Shown: positions 12,701-28,420, numbered from the stretch's first letter. The stretch is 64,000 bases of DNA from Balanoglossus misakiensis (GCA_040954595.2 CM082584.2:8757146-8821145), one strand, 5' to 3'. A program made the numbers and translations. The notes: generated by a model from the letters alone, not told the origin.

Positions 12701-15572
12701 TCGGATAGCAAACCTGGAGAGTGTGTGTGTGTACACTACTAAAAGCCGACACACAAACTCGCCGATTGAGAGAGTTCGCTTCACGGGATATTAAATCTAA
12801 GAAAACTAGAATGGAGCTAAGAAACACAGTCTGCGCCAATACAGTGAGAAACTTGTATTTTCATTACTGCTTCACAATGACGGCAATTTTGTATCCATTG
12901 CAGCTGATCAGTTTGCCTCTTTTTCCATTATAGCCGGAATAATGCTAAACTTCCTTTCACTATTGAGGAATGACTACCGGCTTGCAAAAACGTACAGGAA
13001 ATAGTCACACATCGTCTCAATGCAATAAATACAGGGCAATCTTCATTGGATTCCTGCTAAAGTACGTTCAGCGGATATGCTAGTATTACTGCATATTTGG
13101 ATGCTTTCCAATGACTCAAAGCTCAACTAATAAAGTTACTCTGACTAAGTCAAATGTAATTTGGCATCATTTTCCTTCGTAAATAGATTAAAAACCGAAA
13201 ACAATGACTACAGATTCCAGGGTAATGCTAACGAAGCAAATCTTTCCGTGTTTACTCTTGAAGTTGATTTCACGGTTCATAAACACCCAAAATTAACCCC
13301 TCAAAATTACATACCTCTGTGTTTATTACAGAATTTATCTCAATTCTTCTGCTCTGTCATGTTCCGTGCTACAAAAACAAGGTATTTTCCCAAGCACCTG
13401 GTTATTTTTATTGATGTTTTAATTTCACATGGTAAAAACCAGGAATGTTGACAATGTAGAGAATTTGCATTTTTCGGTATCGAGTCAGCAACAAAAAAAT
13501 TGTGATGTGAATATTGCCCATCGTGGCCAGCTGTGTGAACACGCGATCTTGCCGACAACTGCGCTCATATTCTCATTGCACTTCATTAGGCATGATGAGC
13601 ATCTCCTGGGCAAACATGGCTGATGGCCATGCCCTTGACATTGACATTGAAACACTAGTACCCTAACGGAATACTTTGGAATCCAGGTACGTACGTGCGC
13701 GTCTTATTCTTAGACAGAGATGCTGGTAACTTAACGAGGCCATCACAAAATGATAATGTTGATTTCAGGGTCACGGAAATCAACGTGGTTGAGATTTGGG
13801 GGGGGGGGGGGTGCATTAAGACTTTCAGTTCATTGAAAATGTATTTCAATTACTGAATTTTGGACAACATGAACCCATATGACAAATATAACACAGCAGT
13901 ATCAAAAGTAAATTGACTATACACGACTATGGCAATATAATATGTCTTGCTCATGGAGCAGAAATGAAGTTGATATTTTAAGACACATTTATCAATATAT
14001 CATGTTTGACACATCCATCACTCATGTCAAAAAAAAGCAACACGAGAACAAATCCCAGGTAAATATCACTCCTCACTCACTGTGACAGTCAATTTTCTAT
14101 TTCATAAATCGACAGTGGAATTACATTGTGAATTTATTTGATCTCCTCAGAATGACTCGAAAAAGTGACACCTCTTCGTTCTTGTTTTATTTCTGTGGCA
14201 CGGCAAGGGAAGATCAACAAAAAAACTGCACACAGCTGTACACACATACCCATGATACTCTTTCACTGCGCATGTCGGAAAAACGACGATGTGAAGTGGT
14301 TATCTTGCTATAAATTCTGGATCTATTTTCAGGTCAAGCGAGACATTTTCTCCGACAGTTGACAGCACCGTCAGGTCCACAGCGACACAGATATTAGCGA
14401 AGATTGCAGTGCATGTAGAATTTTGGACCTCTTGAAAATACGCTCTCAAGGGCCATTAGACTTTGCGATCTGGACTGTATTAGGTTGACGACAAAACGGT
14501 TTGAGCTTCAGGTCTCCAAAGCGAAACCTTGGCTTAAAAATCAGCATGAAAAGTATTAGCTGAAAGCAACAATGCGGTTTTTTTCCGCTGACCTGAAGTC
14601 GTCTCCATTCATGCTATAAGAATCCTTATCTCCTTGATGACCAAAACACATGCTCACAGCTATGATTGCTGCTGCGTATTATATTCCTCAATCTAGAATT
14701 TGATTGCCCACCATGTCGTTAGAAATTCTTCGCAGTGCAGTTCGCGATACCGGGTATCGTAATTCACTGCACAGCGTTTATTGTACGTGTATCGCCTTCC
14801 ACAGGATGCAGAGATGCCCTTGTAAGCAATATATTTCAATCTATGCACACTGCAGATGACAGTTCCTCCAATGGGGTCTCCCGCATACAGATTAGAATAA
14901 AATTCAACTAAATTCAAATTACAAGGCTCTGCCAAGCCTCTGTCGCCACTCTGTCTTCTGTTAATGACTAATAACGCAAACTCGCCGGAGTAAGGGTGCA
15001 CAAATTTGATAATATCTCCCAATAAATCAACTGACTCACTCTGAAGTCGGTTCATCGCCAGTATTGCCTTACAAATTTTTTTATGTGACAGCATGCAAGG
15101 CAATTTCATTCGTTCTTCTACATGGACTGCAATCTCCACTAATATCGGCAACCATTCATCATCTTGTGAACCCAGCTGGCAAATGAGAAATTCTACCGAC
15201 CTTGATTTAGAATTGAGCTCGCCCCTTTGCTCATATGTCTTAATAATGCTTAGAAGTCCTCCACCGGAATTATAAAAAGAGTCAATTCTTTTTTATTGTT
15301 AAATTAATTAAGGGCATTAAAATACGGTTATAACACACAATAAATCTCAGAGATACAAAGAAAATCAATTATAATATATATTTAACTAAACAATTTCATT
15401 GGCGTCCGCAAGCCGTCGTCAAAAGGTACCCAGCACTAGAACATAATAAAATAAATCACAAAGTGCCAATTTTACTGGAAAGAAGCATTAAATGGATTGT
15501 ATACATACATAGTCACAGACACACATCCATAAGCACCCAAAGTGTACTATAAGAAAGGCTAGATTCACTTAC

Positions 15573-15651
15573 CTGCGTCAATGCGACATACTAGCACCAA
15601 AACTAGTCCAACTATAAAATACTGATAAAGAATCTTCACATTAAAATCCAT
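15573..15651 (-). CDS. Lar: First coding exon (signal peptide) of the LAR-family RPTP
   Basis: accATGG Kozak context. Encodes MDFNVKILYQYFIVGLVLVLVCRIDA, a hydrophobic core with an I-D-A cleavage motif. Ends GCAG|gtaagt in phase 1 and joins the Ig1 exon in frame (G+AA=Glu). Too short to appear in the ORF track. Confidence 0.85.
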
Positions 15652-15737
15652 GGTCGAAGTCTATTTACAGGATCATGGGTAAAAATATATTCAAACCGCT
15701 TGCAGCTAAATGTAAAAGACAAGCACCTCCGGTTACT
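15652..15737 (-). other. 5' UTR part of the LAR signal-peptide exon
   Basis: Strong polypyrimidine acceptor tttgtttctcttgtatttttcag| ending at 15738, which implies further non-coding exon(s) upstream. A weaker acceptor (gtcttttacatttag) lies about 30 nt downstream. Confidence 0.6.
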
Positions 15738-18700
15738 CTGAAAAATACAAGAGAAACAAATCTCTTTTAATTATTTCAGTCAATTAGATCATGCGCAGAT
15801 ATACCTGGATATGGTGTGTTTGCATTTTGGAAACTCCCAAGTGTACGATGGGCTTATACAAGCCATTAGTTTCTCGAAGATGGGTTTTTCGCACTTCGGT
15901 TAAACGTCCCTCGTACATGTACGTTGTACGTACCGTAAATCTCCCACCGGTTTAAAACTCCGTACTCTTTAAAACGCTGCGTGAAAATTAACGCTGTCGA
16001 CATGCACCGGTCTGGTGTGTTTATCAATCTAAGCGCCGATCTGCATATAGTAACTGGGCAAATATCGCACGCAAAGGCTCAAATTTCACGACCGGAGCCC
16101 CAAGATGGCCTCATTCCAGTCTCCTCCACACCGCCTCACAATGCCGTCTCTTTTATGTCCCAACTGTATTTGTCCATCGGACAAAAGGACCGCGCACCCC
16201 TGTAACACTAGTGGGGCACCAAGCACTGTGACATTTTACAGGTTTTTTTTCCCCGTTTGCTATAATATAAACCCGGCCCTTGTTTCAGTGACCGCTAGCT
16301 CATTTGCATTTCACTTGGGGGGGTGAAAGGAGGACGAACTGACCTGCTACCTTTCTTACAATTATCACTATGGCTACCTATCTTGATAAAGGAAGAACTT
16401 CACATTAAAACGCTGCTTTTTTGCGCAACATCTCCTCATAAATCATAGCTCAGAGATGTACAACCACTGAATGATAAATAAATCCTGGAACCGAGTTGTA
16501 CGTGGTTTTCTGTGTTGCCCACAGGAGACCTGCGAGCGTTCAAGGAAGCTAGCTTGTACGTTCCCCGTGTCTTTTTTGTGCTGTGACAGCCAGCACAGTC
16601 AAAGACATCAACACACACATATACCAATACAGGCTATCCCTGGGCAAGTTTAAAATCCACCCTCACTCAATTTCATCATGTCACAACTTATCCCAACACC
16701 AGTGATAAATCAGCCTGAGAACTGTCTTTCATTTCTTGACCCAGCTCAACTGGATTTTTCAGGGGTCAAAAGACCGCGACTGCAGATCTTTTGTACGAGT
16801 GTGAGATAAAAAAAAACGCACAAGCAATAATAATGAATGTACATCACATCGCATAATGGCAGATGGCAGCTGCTATAACGATGCTGTTTAAGTACTATAA
16901 ATATCATCAAAACAAAAGCATGTATCATCACTGATTCCCTGATGACTGGGGTCCAAGTCTAATTTACTTAGCAATTGTCCATTACTACCCAATAATATTA
17001 ATTCCCAACAAAGACTAAGCGTATTTTAATTGAGAATTGGCGGATTTCTGGACAAACCTCACTCAAGACAAATTGGTTCAAATATTGAACAGCCCAATAC
17101 AGCCCTATGTCACCCTTCATCTTAGATACAGGATATAAACTAACATTCAAATATAGAATGACAACTATGAAATGAGAACCAAATTTTAATCAAGAAAAGA
17201 GTAAGTGATACTGAAAACCATTACAACGCCCTACAAACAACATTTTAAATTGATTATTCAGTAGAACAGAACACGTTACAAAATCCCCTTCGAAATATAT
17301 TATTCATCAGTACAGTAATCTCCCAGGAGCCAAACTGTATTATTTTCCATCTTCATAATTATTCGCAATATTCCGGTAATTCCCTGAGTTGTAATGAAAC
17401 TTACAAATCTGAAACGCTGATATTCACACCCGCGTGTGGTCTGCGATTGGAGGTCAAAATCTGGATTAGTAAAACGATGCAATGGTGGCGACGACCACCA
17501 CCACCTCCCAACTAGCTAAAGGTTAATTTCTTCCCCCAGGTTAGGCAGGCAGTTTGAAAGAGAAGAAGTCGAGATGTCTCATCTCACTCAGGGCATGAGT
17601 GATGAATAATGGAATGGAATTTGAATATTTAACAATGTGTATGAAATAATCATGAGGGTGTCAGAACGGCTAGTGTAGGGATCATTTTTTCTACGAGACG
17701 CTGCAACACAGCACTTCCAATCCCGTGTCACACAAGACATATATCACACTTTCTCCACACGACTGCACTTTCAAACACAGGCATCTCTGGGAATACAGAG
17801 AAAGTGGAATGTACATCAACGCCTGCATGATTACCCAAGCGCGGAATATTAGACCAGAATGTTGCCATCAAAAGAATAGACCCAGAAATTCCTCCTAAAT
17901 GAAATATCTTGTCAATATTTGACAGAGGACACCCAATGCCAGTAAGGGGTGGTGGAATTTTCATTGGACCGTTTAACACCAAGGGTTTCCGTACACAAAA
18001 TTCCCACGAAACTGACACAAATAGAAACATACAAATTAAAGCCTAATAAATAACTCACAGTGGTCAACATTTGCATTAATTTAATCAGCGACTTGTCAAT
18101 TTTTAATTTTCATAACTGTACATGACTTGGTTATCAAATTGGAAACAGAAATATGGGCCAGGGAAGGTCATCCATCATGCAAAGTACAAAACCAATAACA
18201 AGGCACTTGTAACACATTATTTGGGTGTGTTTTTACATTCACTTGGTTTTTTTAATTGAAATATTACTTTGATAAATGGGTTGATTATTTTTCACTAAGA
18301 AGGGTACGAACCATCAATAGGAGGAAAGCAAAACTGTGCAAGGCTTTACATTACACTCTCCATGCACCAATGATATAAAACACTGAAATCACACAGACAA
18401 AATGCACACAGCGTCAAAACCGTTTCGAAACCAAACAGTGTCGAAACTGTTTCAGGTTACAAAACCAGTAGTTGCTCTCTAAACCACTTGTGTATTTTAG
18501 TAAGCGAGAGATTTCACAGCGGTATAGACAACAGTAGCTGTGTGAATTCCTACACGGTAGCATTTCCTTGGTTCTGCAACGGAATTATTACGATTGTCCG
18601 GGAAAGGGAGGCAGGCTGTCACTAATCCTGACCTGATCACTCCACTTTGCCAATTTTGCATAAGACTGTATTTCCACAGAAAGTTCCATTATGAGAAGAC

Positions 18701-21700
18701 CTCATGCATGTGAAATATTAATGTGTCGCGCGGAATTCATCTTGATAAATCGCTTGTCGTAATATGACAGCATCTAATGCCCAGTACAGAAATACATATC
18801 ATACACGTAGTATTCAATGAATACTACATTCCGATTCAAGATTTTCACTTTCCATTCATGGTTGATGCGGCGCACAAGAACAAAGCTACCATTAAACACT
18901 GGCAAACTGCCCACCAAGGTCTCAATTGCAGACTTTACAACTCAGGAAATTCTTTGACAGCTAGACAATTTGCGACAAGCATACTGAGTTGGTTACCGCG
19001 CTCATTCATTGAAATTCTGTCAGGTTGGAGCCAACACTTGATGGTTTCTTTTCATGTCACAATTTTCTCATCTGAATTATTCATAATCGCTTTTTTTAAT
19101 CTTTCTACTCGTCATATCCTTCTTACACACCTGGTGCTCAGGGCTTGTTGCTAGGTAACTTCTTCTCATTTGCATGGAATACCCATTCCGAGAGAGGATG
19201 TGTGTCTTGGACAAGAAAGCGAGATGATGACTTCAAATAATAAATGGATTTCTCATGGCAAAGTTCCCAAGTACAGCTTCCTCAAGCATCCATAAATAAA
19301 AACTTGGGCATTGTTACACATAACAGCAAAAGGTTACGCAGTACCGTATTTACATTGGCATCAATTCAAAAATGCAGAAATATGCAAACTATCATCAACA
19401 TACACGGATACAGACTCCGCTCAAATACTCAACAAATTAATTTACTGGAGTAAAGAAATTACATACAACCAGAGAACAAACATGTCACCGCCCCCTTATT
19501 TTCGAGGGCCTAGACGACCTTCGGAGGTTCTGCATAATTATGCAATTACAGATACCGCTGCAATCCCATGCAGATGTGTATATTTCTGTGACAGAACACT
19601 AGAATGCTGAATGTCTTAAGGCTGGACTTGACCACAAATTATACAAGCTACATTTGCACACATAATGTACACACAGCAACAGATCACTATCAACATGCGA
19701 AACAGTTTAGAAACAGTACGGAATTTCCAACGCATACTGCAGTACACTTAGAATACCATGACTCCCAGCGAGCAGCTGACAGTAAAAAGTCAATTACGAC
19801 GCAAGCGATTGTGATGACAGAACTTTCCCAGGTACCCTCTCTGCATAATCACTCAAAGTACGATAAACCATAACCCTTCAACAACCGTCCAGGACACATT
19901 CAGTGCAAACCCTTATCAACTGTTTTGAACACAAACACACCTGGGTTTCAGTCCCGAGTCTAGGAAACGTTCCTCTTCATTTTCACCTGGTAACCAGCAT
20001 TGCGGCCTTCTTACAAGTCCATTCTTTCTCTCCTTTGTTACATTTTATTGTTGATAGCACACTCGAACTGTTTGTATCAATCATGAGTTCAACCTTGAAC
20101 TTCAAAGTGAACACCCAACCGACAAGAGACCTCAAAATCCTTTGATAAGACAAACAGTGCCTCTCAAAGCCACCACGTGCGAAGTGACTAGGGACAAAAC
20201 TGGTCAGCCCCAAACTGTCTTGCTGAGAGATGTAGTTATCAGACTAAACACAGACAAGACTATTCTAACACTAAAGTCCATCTCAGTCGGCCCAACTCTG
20301 CTCTTTCCTACCCTTCAACGCAATGATACAAAGATCATCAATCACACTGTAGACCATATACACCCCGAACATCTCTATGATAAATTGATGACACGAACAT
20401 TCCACACAGGAAAAATCTATACTAAAACAAAGCAGTCAGTCTACAAATCGTGCACATGGAAAACTCATCATTCCGTATTCTGTCATTCTTGAAGACAAAT
20501 TGCCAAATTATCAAGTCATCAATGATATAAAATAAAAGTACATGAGTATTTCCATATTCTATGCATTTACTGGCATTTCCTCCAGTCAGCAGATCCAAAT
20601 AACTTGTTGGCATCGCCGGGGCAAAGTCTAATGGACACTCGAGTACACATGCAACTGAAGATCTATACAAAACAGTTCACAGGGCAACCATGAAAATGTT
20701 TTTACGAGGCTATCATTATTTCACTCAGCACAATCACAGTGCCACAATAATAATTTACAACATGCACACATTGTTCTCCATCTGTCATCTGCTCAGCTCT
20801 ATATCCCAGATATTTCTTCATGAGACAGATGTATCAGGAACATATGCCAACTTTACAATCTGGGTTTAATTAATACGATGAAATCAAGTGAACACGTCGG
20901 CAAACAGGAAGATGGCGGAATAGAATTCCTCCACATCGCCCCATTAAACTTTACACTACCCCCCATTTTATTTGATTTTCTTATCTCGGGGTAAAATAGT
21001 CCGGAATGTTGAGGTTATCTTAAAATTGCTTTAGCCTTTGTGACGAGCACTGTACCGTGGCATGTGACTTCTCTTAAATTAGCTGTCATGGCCGACTGCA
21101 GTTCTCTCCAAAAAAACACCAGTGACCCCCTCCCCCACCCCCAGCGATGTTGACATTATATCAGTTGACCTCATGCGAGCAAGGCTTCAGGAAGTGGGAT
21201 GGTTGGATGAACTTGACACAGAAGAGTCTGCGTGCAAAGTGTGAGAGAATTTCGGCTGCTGGACTAAAATTGGCCAAAGGTGCCAGTAACATATTTTCAA
21301 CAAAACTCCACCAACACATGTGTAACATATGATACAAAATTGAAGACACCATAAAATCAAAGGAGCGAACCAATACTCATAATCTCAAGTACTCATCAAC
21401 CTAATATGGCTATTACACAACACAAATGTTCCAGTTATAATTTAACTTCTACAAACGTCCGTTTCTCACAAATAAATGCCAAACAAATGCCCAGTCTCAG
21501 CACTTAATCTGCATCTTCCAACCAGGGGGCTACTGCCACCACTTAATTCAGCTTGTTTCAGAGAGATTAGTCCCCATTTTTATGACTTTATTTGTCTGCA
21601 AAATGAGTCCCATGTGCCAGACACATGGAGGGCCCTCCATTTCCCCTCACCTTAGCTAACCTCTCGAAGCAAACACGGCAAAACATTAGTATAATACTAA

Positions 21701-24700
21701 ACACTTGCTTGCAGAAACACTGATGAGTACTAAAAACTTACATGTTGTTTATAGTCACCATAAAGCAGAGATATTCCACAGAACAACGTTACAAACTGAA
21801 TCTGTGACTTGAAACACCATAGCTGTTTTTCAGTTGAGTGTTATGACAACCACTAAACAAACACTCCACTTAAAATAGAACTTTTTGGATAAAGTTGGCA
21901 ATAATATAAGCAACCCCAACACTTCTATTTAAGGCAAGTATGACAAAGGGACAAATCAGAAAGACAATGTAGTGGTAAAAAAATAAACCTACAGTCATTG
22001 GTATCAGTTTGAACCGATGACAAATGTAACCCTACAACAGGAAATACCTTATCGACAATACAGGATGCAATATATTGGACTGTTCACACCTCGATCACAT
22101 TTCATCTTTTATGCAGCTTCAATAGTTACCTACGTAGTGTGTTTCGAACACACGAAACATGTCAACATTGGTCTCAGTTGACCAACGTCATTGTTTTTGG
22201 TAACCTCAGAGGCTGCGTGTCGATTTTGGGCAGAAGGCACCCGAACCTCTGTGCACACATATAAGCAGATAGGCTGACATATTTAGTACGGACCCTTGAG
22301 CACGAAATCCGAGGAATGTTGTGGGGTGCGTTGGGAAACAATCGGCACGAAAACAGATCTGCATAGTTTCCCAGGGGAGGCCGAGTACCCAATACCTGCT
22401 TGCTTTATTGCCAGTTGTGTAGGTGTCAATGCAACCTGTGGGTTAGCTAGCTCGCCCATTGCTACAGACAATTCCCATGACCCATCTGGCTGGTGGCCAA
22501 TATTGCCTCGGCTAATCTCGCTACTGCAGGAAACACCCACTCCCCTCGCTACCACCATTCCATTTTAGGACACAGAGTTACGTTTGCCAAACATAAATGA
22601 ACACCTACTGCAAATCGGTGTGTGCTCAACTTGCCCTCAATACATACAGACACTCAACGTAGGTTAACAGCCAGTTGTGCCATCTGAAGTACTCCAGCTA
22701 AGGAATTTGCATAGGAAGACCACCAATTACTTGCGACCGGCAGAGGGACTTCTTTTCTGCATTGAAAACCCTAAAAACACTCACTTGACTGGAGGTCTTG
22801 TGAGGCCAAACACTACATAATACAAGCATCCCATACTGGGCAAAGCCTATTGTGATTTTTTGATGACTTATCCAAGAGTTTTCGCTAGTACACTATGGCT
22901 TGGACTTTTAAAGAGCCCTCTTTAGGAAATGGCCTTGCCACCGAAAGACACACCTGTGTGAACCCTGACCAAACAGAATTAGCGTTTTGTAAAACGAGAT
23001 CCTATCTAATTGCCACTGTGATCTTGAAAAATTAGACTGTTTGTACAACACACCTTCCTTGGACCTAAAACCTTGGCTTGGATCAGAAACTCTTGGAAAT
23101 CCTTGAAATCAGTTTAACACCCACAGAAAGAAGTTTTTATTATCTATAATATGATTGTCATGACAACTTCTTTCCCATTTTCTATAGCTGTGTGCTTGCA
23201 ATGGTACAAAAGCACAATCGAACACAGCCTAAAAATACCCATGGCACCTGGTGGATTTCAACTTGCAGGTCTGCGAATTACCAACCATCACTGCTTCAAC
23301 AGTATGGCAGCACACATCAGGAATTAAAAGCTGAAGGCCGAACGCAGCCCAAATTTAGATCTTTCGAGCGAATATAATGGCAAGATGTTGGGCAGACAAT
23401 TGTCAGCTACACGAAACGGAAACGGCCACCAGTACATCGAAGCGTCTAAGCATCTGCGCGGTCAAATCCTTGTGTTTGTATTGATTTTTCAACTGCAAGA
23501 GATAGATTTTTGCCGGCCAAGAGGATTAGTCTTGGAGGGCCTTCTTCCGTTTTATTATGAAGTTAGGTAAACAAATCAATGTCAAAGAGCAAAGAGAGCG
23601 TCTTACGTGTCTTATTTACGAAATTCAAAATTCTAAACGGCTTTTCAAGTTAACCCCGGGCTTTTCAATGAGCTACATAACATGGTGAGTTATGACATTG
23701 AAATCATCACCAACCATGAATGTACCAATAGCTGAGAAGTACATGCAGCCCCTGTCGTGAGGTTCGATCACGACTATTGGACAAAGGAGCTGTCTAAGCC
23801 ATATCCTTCATGTTCACTTGTCATCATCATTTCCTTACTTCTTTTTTCTTCACATGTACTTGACATTGTCCTTCACACTTTCTGTCTACTTATGATGACC
23901 CAATGACGGCGAGGTATTACCAGTTCTAGTGTTATGTTCTGCAGAATGGGGAAAGTTCCAGTCGAATGGTCCCAAGGAAAAGCCAGCAATCAATCTCGCT
24001 GCATCTTGCCTGAACCTATCATTAAATTTACATTTTCGTCATTACCGACTTCCTGTTGGGCATTACTGGATATTGCTCCTGACCGGGGTAATCTAACAGA
24101 TAGGAAATTGTACAAGAGATTTCTTGTTTGGAGTTCTGTCTCGGATCAGTGATTCATGGCTAAGTGCCCCGGCATCCCAGCGAACATCGAAATGGACCAC
24201 GGCAAAGGCAGGGGACACTCCAACACACTTCAGGAAGGCCGCACGGGGGGAACATGGAAACACCGCGAGCCAAATGTCATATTTATCAGTCATGAATAAT
24301 CCAATGTGATTACTACACCGTAAACACCCCCTTCCCAACCAGGCAATCCAAAGTACTCAGAGTTTCATGGTTTTAACCTTTTCGGGAAAAAAACGTTGTC
24401 AGTTTATATGAATTATGCATCAGTGCCCACCTTTGCCAGCTCTTTTGTAAGACTGCACACTGTCATGGCAGTAGAAGTGTGATGAGTCACAGTTGTGTCA
24501 AGTCTCCGTGGTTTTCCTGTTTTTTTCCTGCTCAAATCCCTCCCAAGCTTTTTTTCGTTAGCTGAAACTCCTCAGGTACAGGACACAACAATACCTCATT
24601 TTGCCCAAATCGCAGCCCGTACCCCAAAAGCATACCAAACCCACAATGGCCTTCAGTTTGGGGGCCTTTTAAAAAGCGGCACCCCTGACAACACTTGCAC

Positions 24701-27700
24701 AATTTACTTAGGTTCTGCTCCTAAAGAAACATTCAAACAGTCCCAAACAAAGGTGCACACAGTAGGGTGTCCATTCAAGATATCACCCGCACATTAGTGG
24801 GCGACATACAAAAAAACATGTCTTGTGTCATTCTTTGCACTTGTTGATGTATGAAATCATTGGAATTCCTCCCATCAAAATGCCTCAGCCACTGTGTGAC
24901 AAAACGCAGCCAAATCGCCGCATTTACACCACCGATAATTCAGGTGTTTACGTCGAATGGGGGGCTTTTCAGGTCCTACAGCCACTGACTCAAAAACACA
25001 CACCAACAAAACATGAAAAAGGAGGGGGGGGGAGGTTCCACAGAAAGCACCTCGCAATACCTGGCTGACCCCGTCCAGACTTGGGTCATCTCCACAGATA
25101 CGGTTATTTTGTTTGCAAAAAAATTGACAGCTTCACCTGCACGTGGGGCCCGCCATTCAAGAAAGCAGATTTTATTTTCATCGGGCACAAAATTCTTACT
25201 TGAAATGATGTGTGCAGCCCCGGGTTTTAGGACCAACAGCTCACACTACAAGTAATGTCGATCGGTCACCTTTATCCGTGTTCGTTCAACCATCAGGACC
25301 TTTTTTCTCATTTTCCTCACAATTCATTTTTTCTTCTACCTCAAACTGCCTCCAGGCAAACTCTTTTCAAGAAAGCCGACATTTTCCCTCACTTTTTTAT
25401 GGTATTTTACTACTCGCGACTCAACCAATATTGACAATTAGTATTTTGCATTCCATCTGGTACGAGTGAAACATTTCAGTTTTCGGGTCTATTTTCGGCA
25501 CGGAACAATGCCTGCCGAGAGGTTTCTGCATATGGATTGCAGACTCGCTGCATGACACAAAGTGACGTAACACCATCACAATGCGCAAGTCACACTGATC
25601 CCGCGCCCATTAATAAGCCTTTTTAGGCTAAACTACACCTTTGAATTGAAAGCCAAGCTCATCAAGTCTTCCACTATCTCCATTCACCCAGTTATTTCTA
25701 TTCTCCTGATCCTGTAAATCACTGATGGAAAAGTCATTAGACACCACTTAACTTCAGCTGTACCAAAAAACCTTCCCTTTTCAGTCTCATTTCTCTTTTT
25801 ATCAACCGGCAACAGGATTACTCGCAGCTTTGTCTGCGAACAGTCTACAATTTAGTCGAAACTGATAAGACGATGTCAAAGTCAGCAGCAAACTTACATG
25901 TAAAATTCTACTCAATATTGTGGTTCTGAAGAAAGTCGCATTTTTTTGGCATTTCAAAAATCATTAAAAATAAAAAGAAAAGTGTTAAAGGCGATACCCC
26001 AAAGGCCAAACAATACCTGGAACAACTGCAAAAATACCACCTTGACCAGTTACTCATACGAAGAACAGCTGGGCAGGTATTTTGTAACACGATACATTTG
26101 TACAGCACACCTTGGATTCCAGAGTATTGGAGCAGGCCCTGTGTATTTTGACAGGGAAACAAATGATTGTTCCATTTCACAACTCAATTAACGCGGAGAA
26201 GTCTACGAAGAGGGGTTCCTTTTTTTGTTGAATGTCGGGACCAAGTGAGTGTGCCCCCCGACAAACAAGATTTCTAAAAACAACTTTCGAGTCAACGTGA
26301 GAATTGGAGAAAATTCCTTCTTTGTGTCCTTACAGGCACATTGAAAAAAGTGTAGAAGTCAAGGAGAGCCCTTGTGAGTCAGAGGTTCGCCATATTGGTT
26401 CGAGATAAGTTGGCAAAAGAATACAAAGCAAGGTAGCTGTCAAATTTCGGTTCACCAGTAACCACACACAATCCAAATTGCGAACTACCTTTGTGAAATG
26501 ACAATACAGGGATCTGAAGAACCCCAACAGTCCACAGAGAACTGTGAACAGAACCCCACAATCTGCTAAAACAACACAACCTCAATACCACAGACGAGGC
26601 CAGAATGGAACACCAAGCTCAAGGAGATAAAGAGTTTTACTGTCCGTTATCACGAAAGTATTCCCATTATCAGACTCCAAATACCATACAGTACACAGAA
26701 AAGGCAAAAACAAGATAAAAAGTTCAAGGCTAGGGTACAGTTTATAGTCACTAACTACCTTTAAGACCTGAAAAGGGCGACCCTTCTTTTAAAAGCTTGG
26801 TTCTTTAGAGTGAATGTCTCGCCTATCGAAGTATCCCACGTACAGCCAGTGTAGAACACATCAACACATCTAACAAAAACCAATTCTATCTGTTTTCTGT
26901 CAAGCTTATGTTCCTTGGCATCATGACTCTACTGAAATTTAAACTGCTATCGTATTCCACCATTTGCACCAAAAATACAAGTGTCACAAACAATAACTAC
27001 ATACTAACATACCATAAACTGTCATTAGAATTCTCTCTGTCTTTTTTAATGGGTAAAGAAGCCTATTAGTTTACATATATACAACCAGCAGAAGTTAACG
27101 CTGACCAAATGTGCTGACCAGTGTTCTAATGTGTACTGTAGCATCTTTGACTCGTCAACTGCAAATTTCATCTGCTGTCAATGCTCTAAGCTAATGTGGA
27201 GTACCAACCACAAATTCATTTTGATGCGGAGGCTTTGTCTAAACAGAGATATCAGTATTCAGGACATGAAGCCCAGGAACAAACACTACACCCTGGTCCC
27301 AAGGTCAGCCAGCTGAGGTGTTTTGACCCCTGCGCCCGACTCCTCCACACCTCTGCACTAAATCGTCACACAGGTAGCTGATCCGTAATCCGGAGGTTCG
27401 TTTTTATCACATTCACGATTTAATCAACTTTACGAGACCAGTTGAGAAGAAGCTGGATGCCGAAAATTTGCGAATGATCTATAATACTGCAGCAACACAG
27501 AGCTAGAAGGGAAAAAACAATTCATGGCCGACAGACATAGTAAACATTCCTGAATACAATAGCGAACAAAGGGCTTCCTCTCCCCTGCCACAATCCATAT
27601 GTGGAGGGATGATGACACATGGCAGCGAGTTATATATGATTTTGAAACACCCCACGTGAGTTACGGTTCTGTCCTGGCAGTTTGGCTCTTTATTTTGCAT

Positions 27701-28420
27701 GAAAACGTATTTTTCTACAATCAAAATAAAGACTTCGGTAGTTCGTAGCACTATATAGGACTAACAATGTGACTGATACAGAATAAACGTTTTACAAACC
27801 ACCACAAGCATGTACAAGGTAAGGCAGGTCGGGGCAATTGCTCAGTAAACAAAGGTGGCACAAAACAACCCATACCAATACCGTCAAACCAAAAAACAAA
27901 AGCCAAAAAACAAAATACCTCTGCAAAGTCTACAGAGTAAACAGATTTTGCTGAATTCCAGCAAAAAAAGCTTAGAGAAGCATTCCATCATTTTTTATCA
28001 GGTCTTTATATCCATCCGCCTCATTCTTTTCATTAGGCTCTTCGTCTCCCTTGCATTTTGAACAATTGTTATGCATACATTTGTTGTTTTAAGAACCGTT
28101 CTCCCCTGAACACCTGTGTGGTAGAAGATCACCGCAATCTTTAGCTTAATTGTCAACAATACCACCATCAAACCAAGGGGTGTCTCATACCTGTATGTTG
28201 TCACACACATACATTACTGTCAAAAACTACAGCAGTAAAACTTGAAGGGGGAAAAATACACACCCATAAAAGTGGCTATAAATTATCCAGGGAATGTGAA
28301 CATTGATAAAAATAAAACAAAATCTTCCACTTTCAAAAGTAATTAGTAAGTATGAGATCAGTAGTAAAAATAGGTAGAGGCAGAAGATTTGTATTTATAT
28401 TAACACTGTTACATACAAGA

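Noticed and set aside
14693-15151. 152-aa minus-strand ORF inside the LAR intron
   Set aside because: No recognisable domain and no convincing splice sites; the signal-peptide exon already joins Ig1 in frame.
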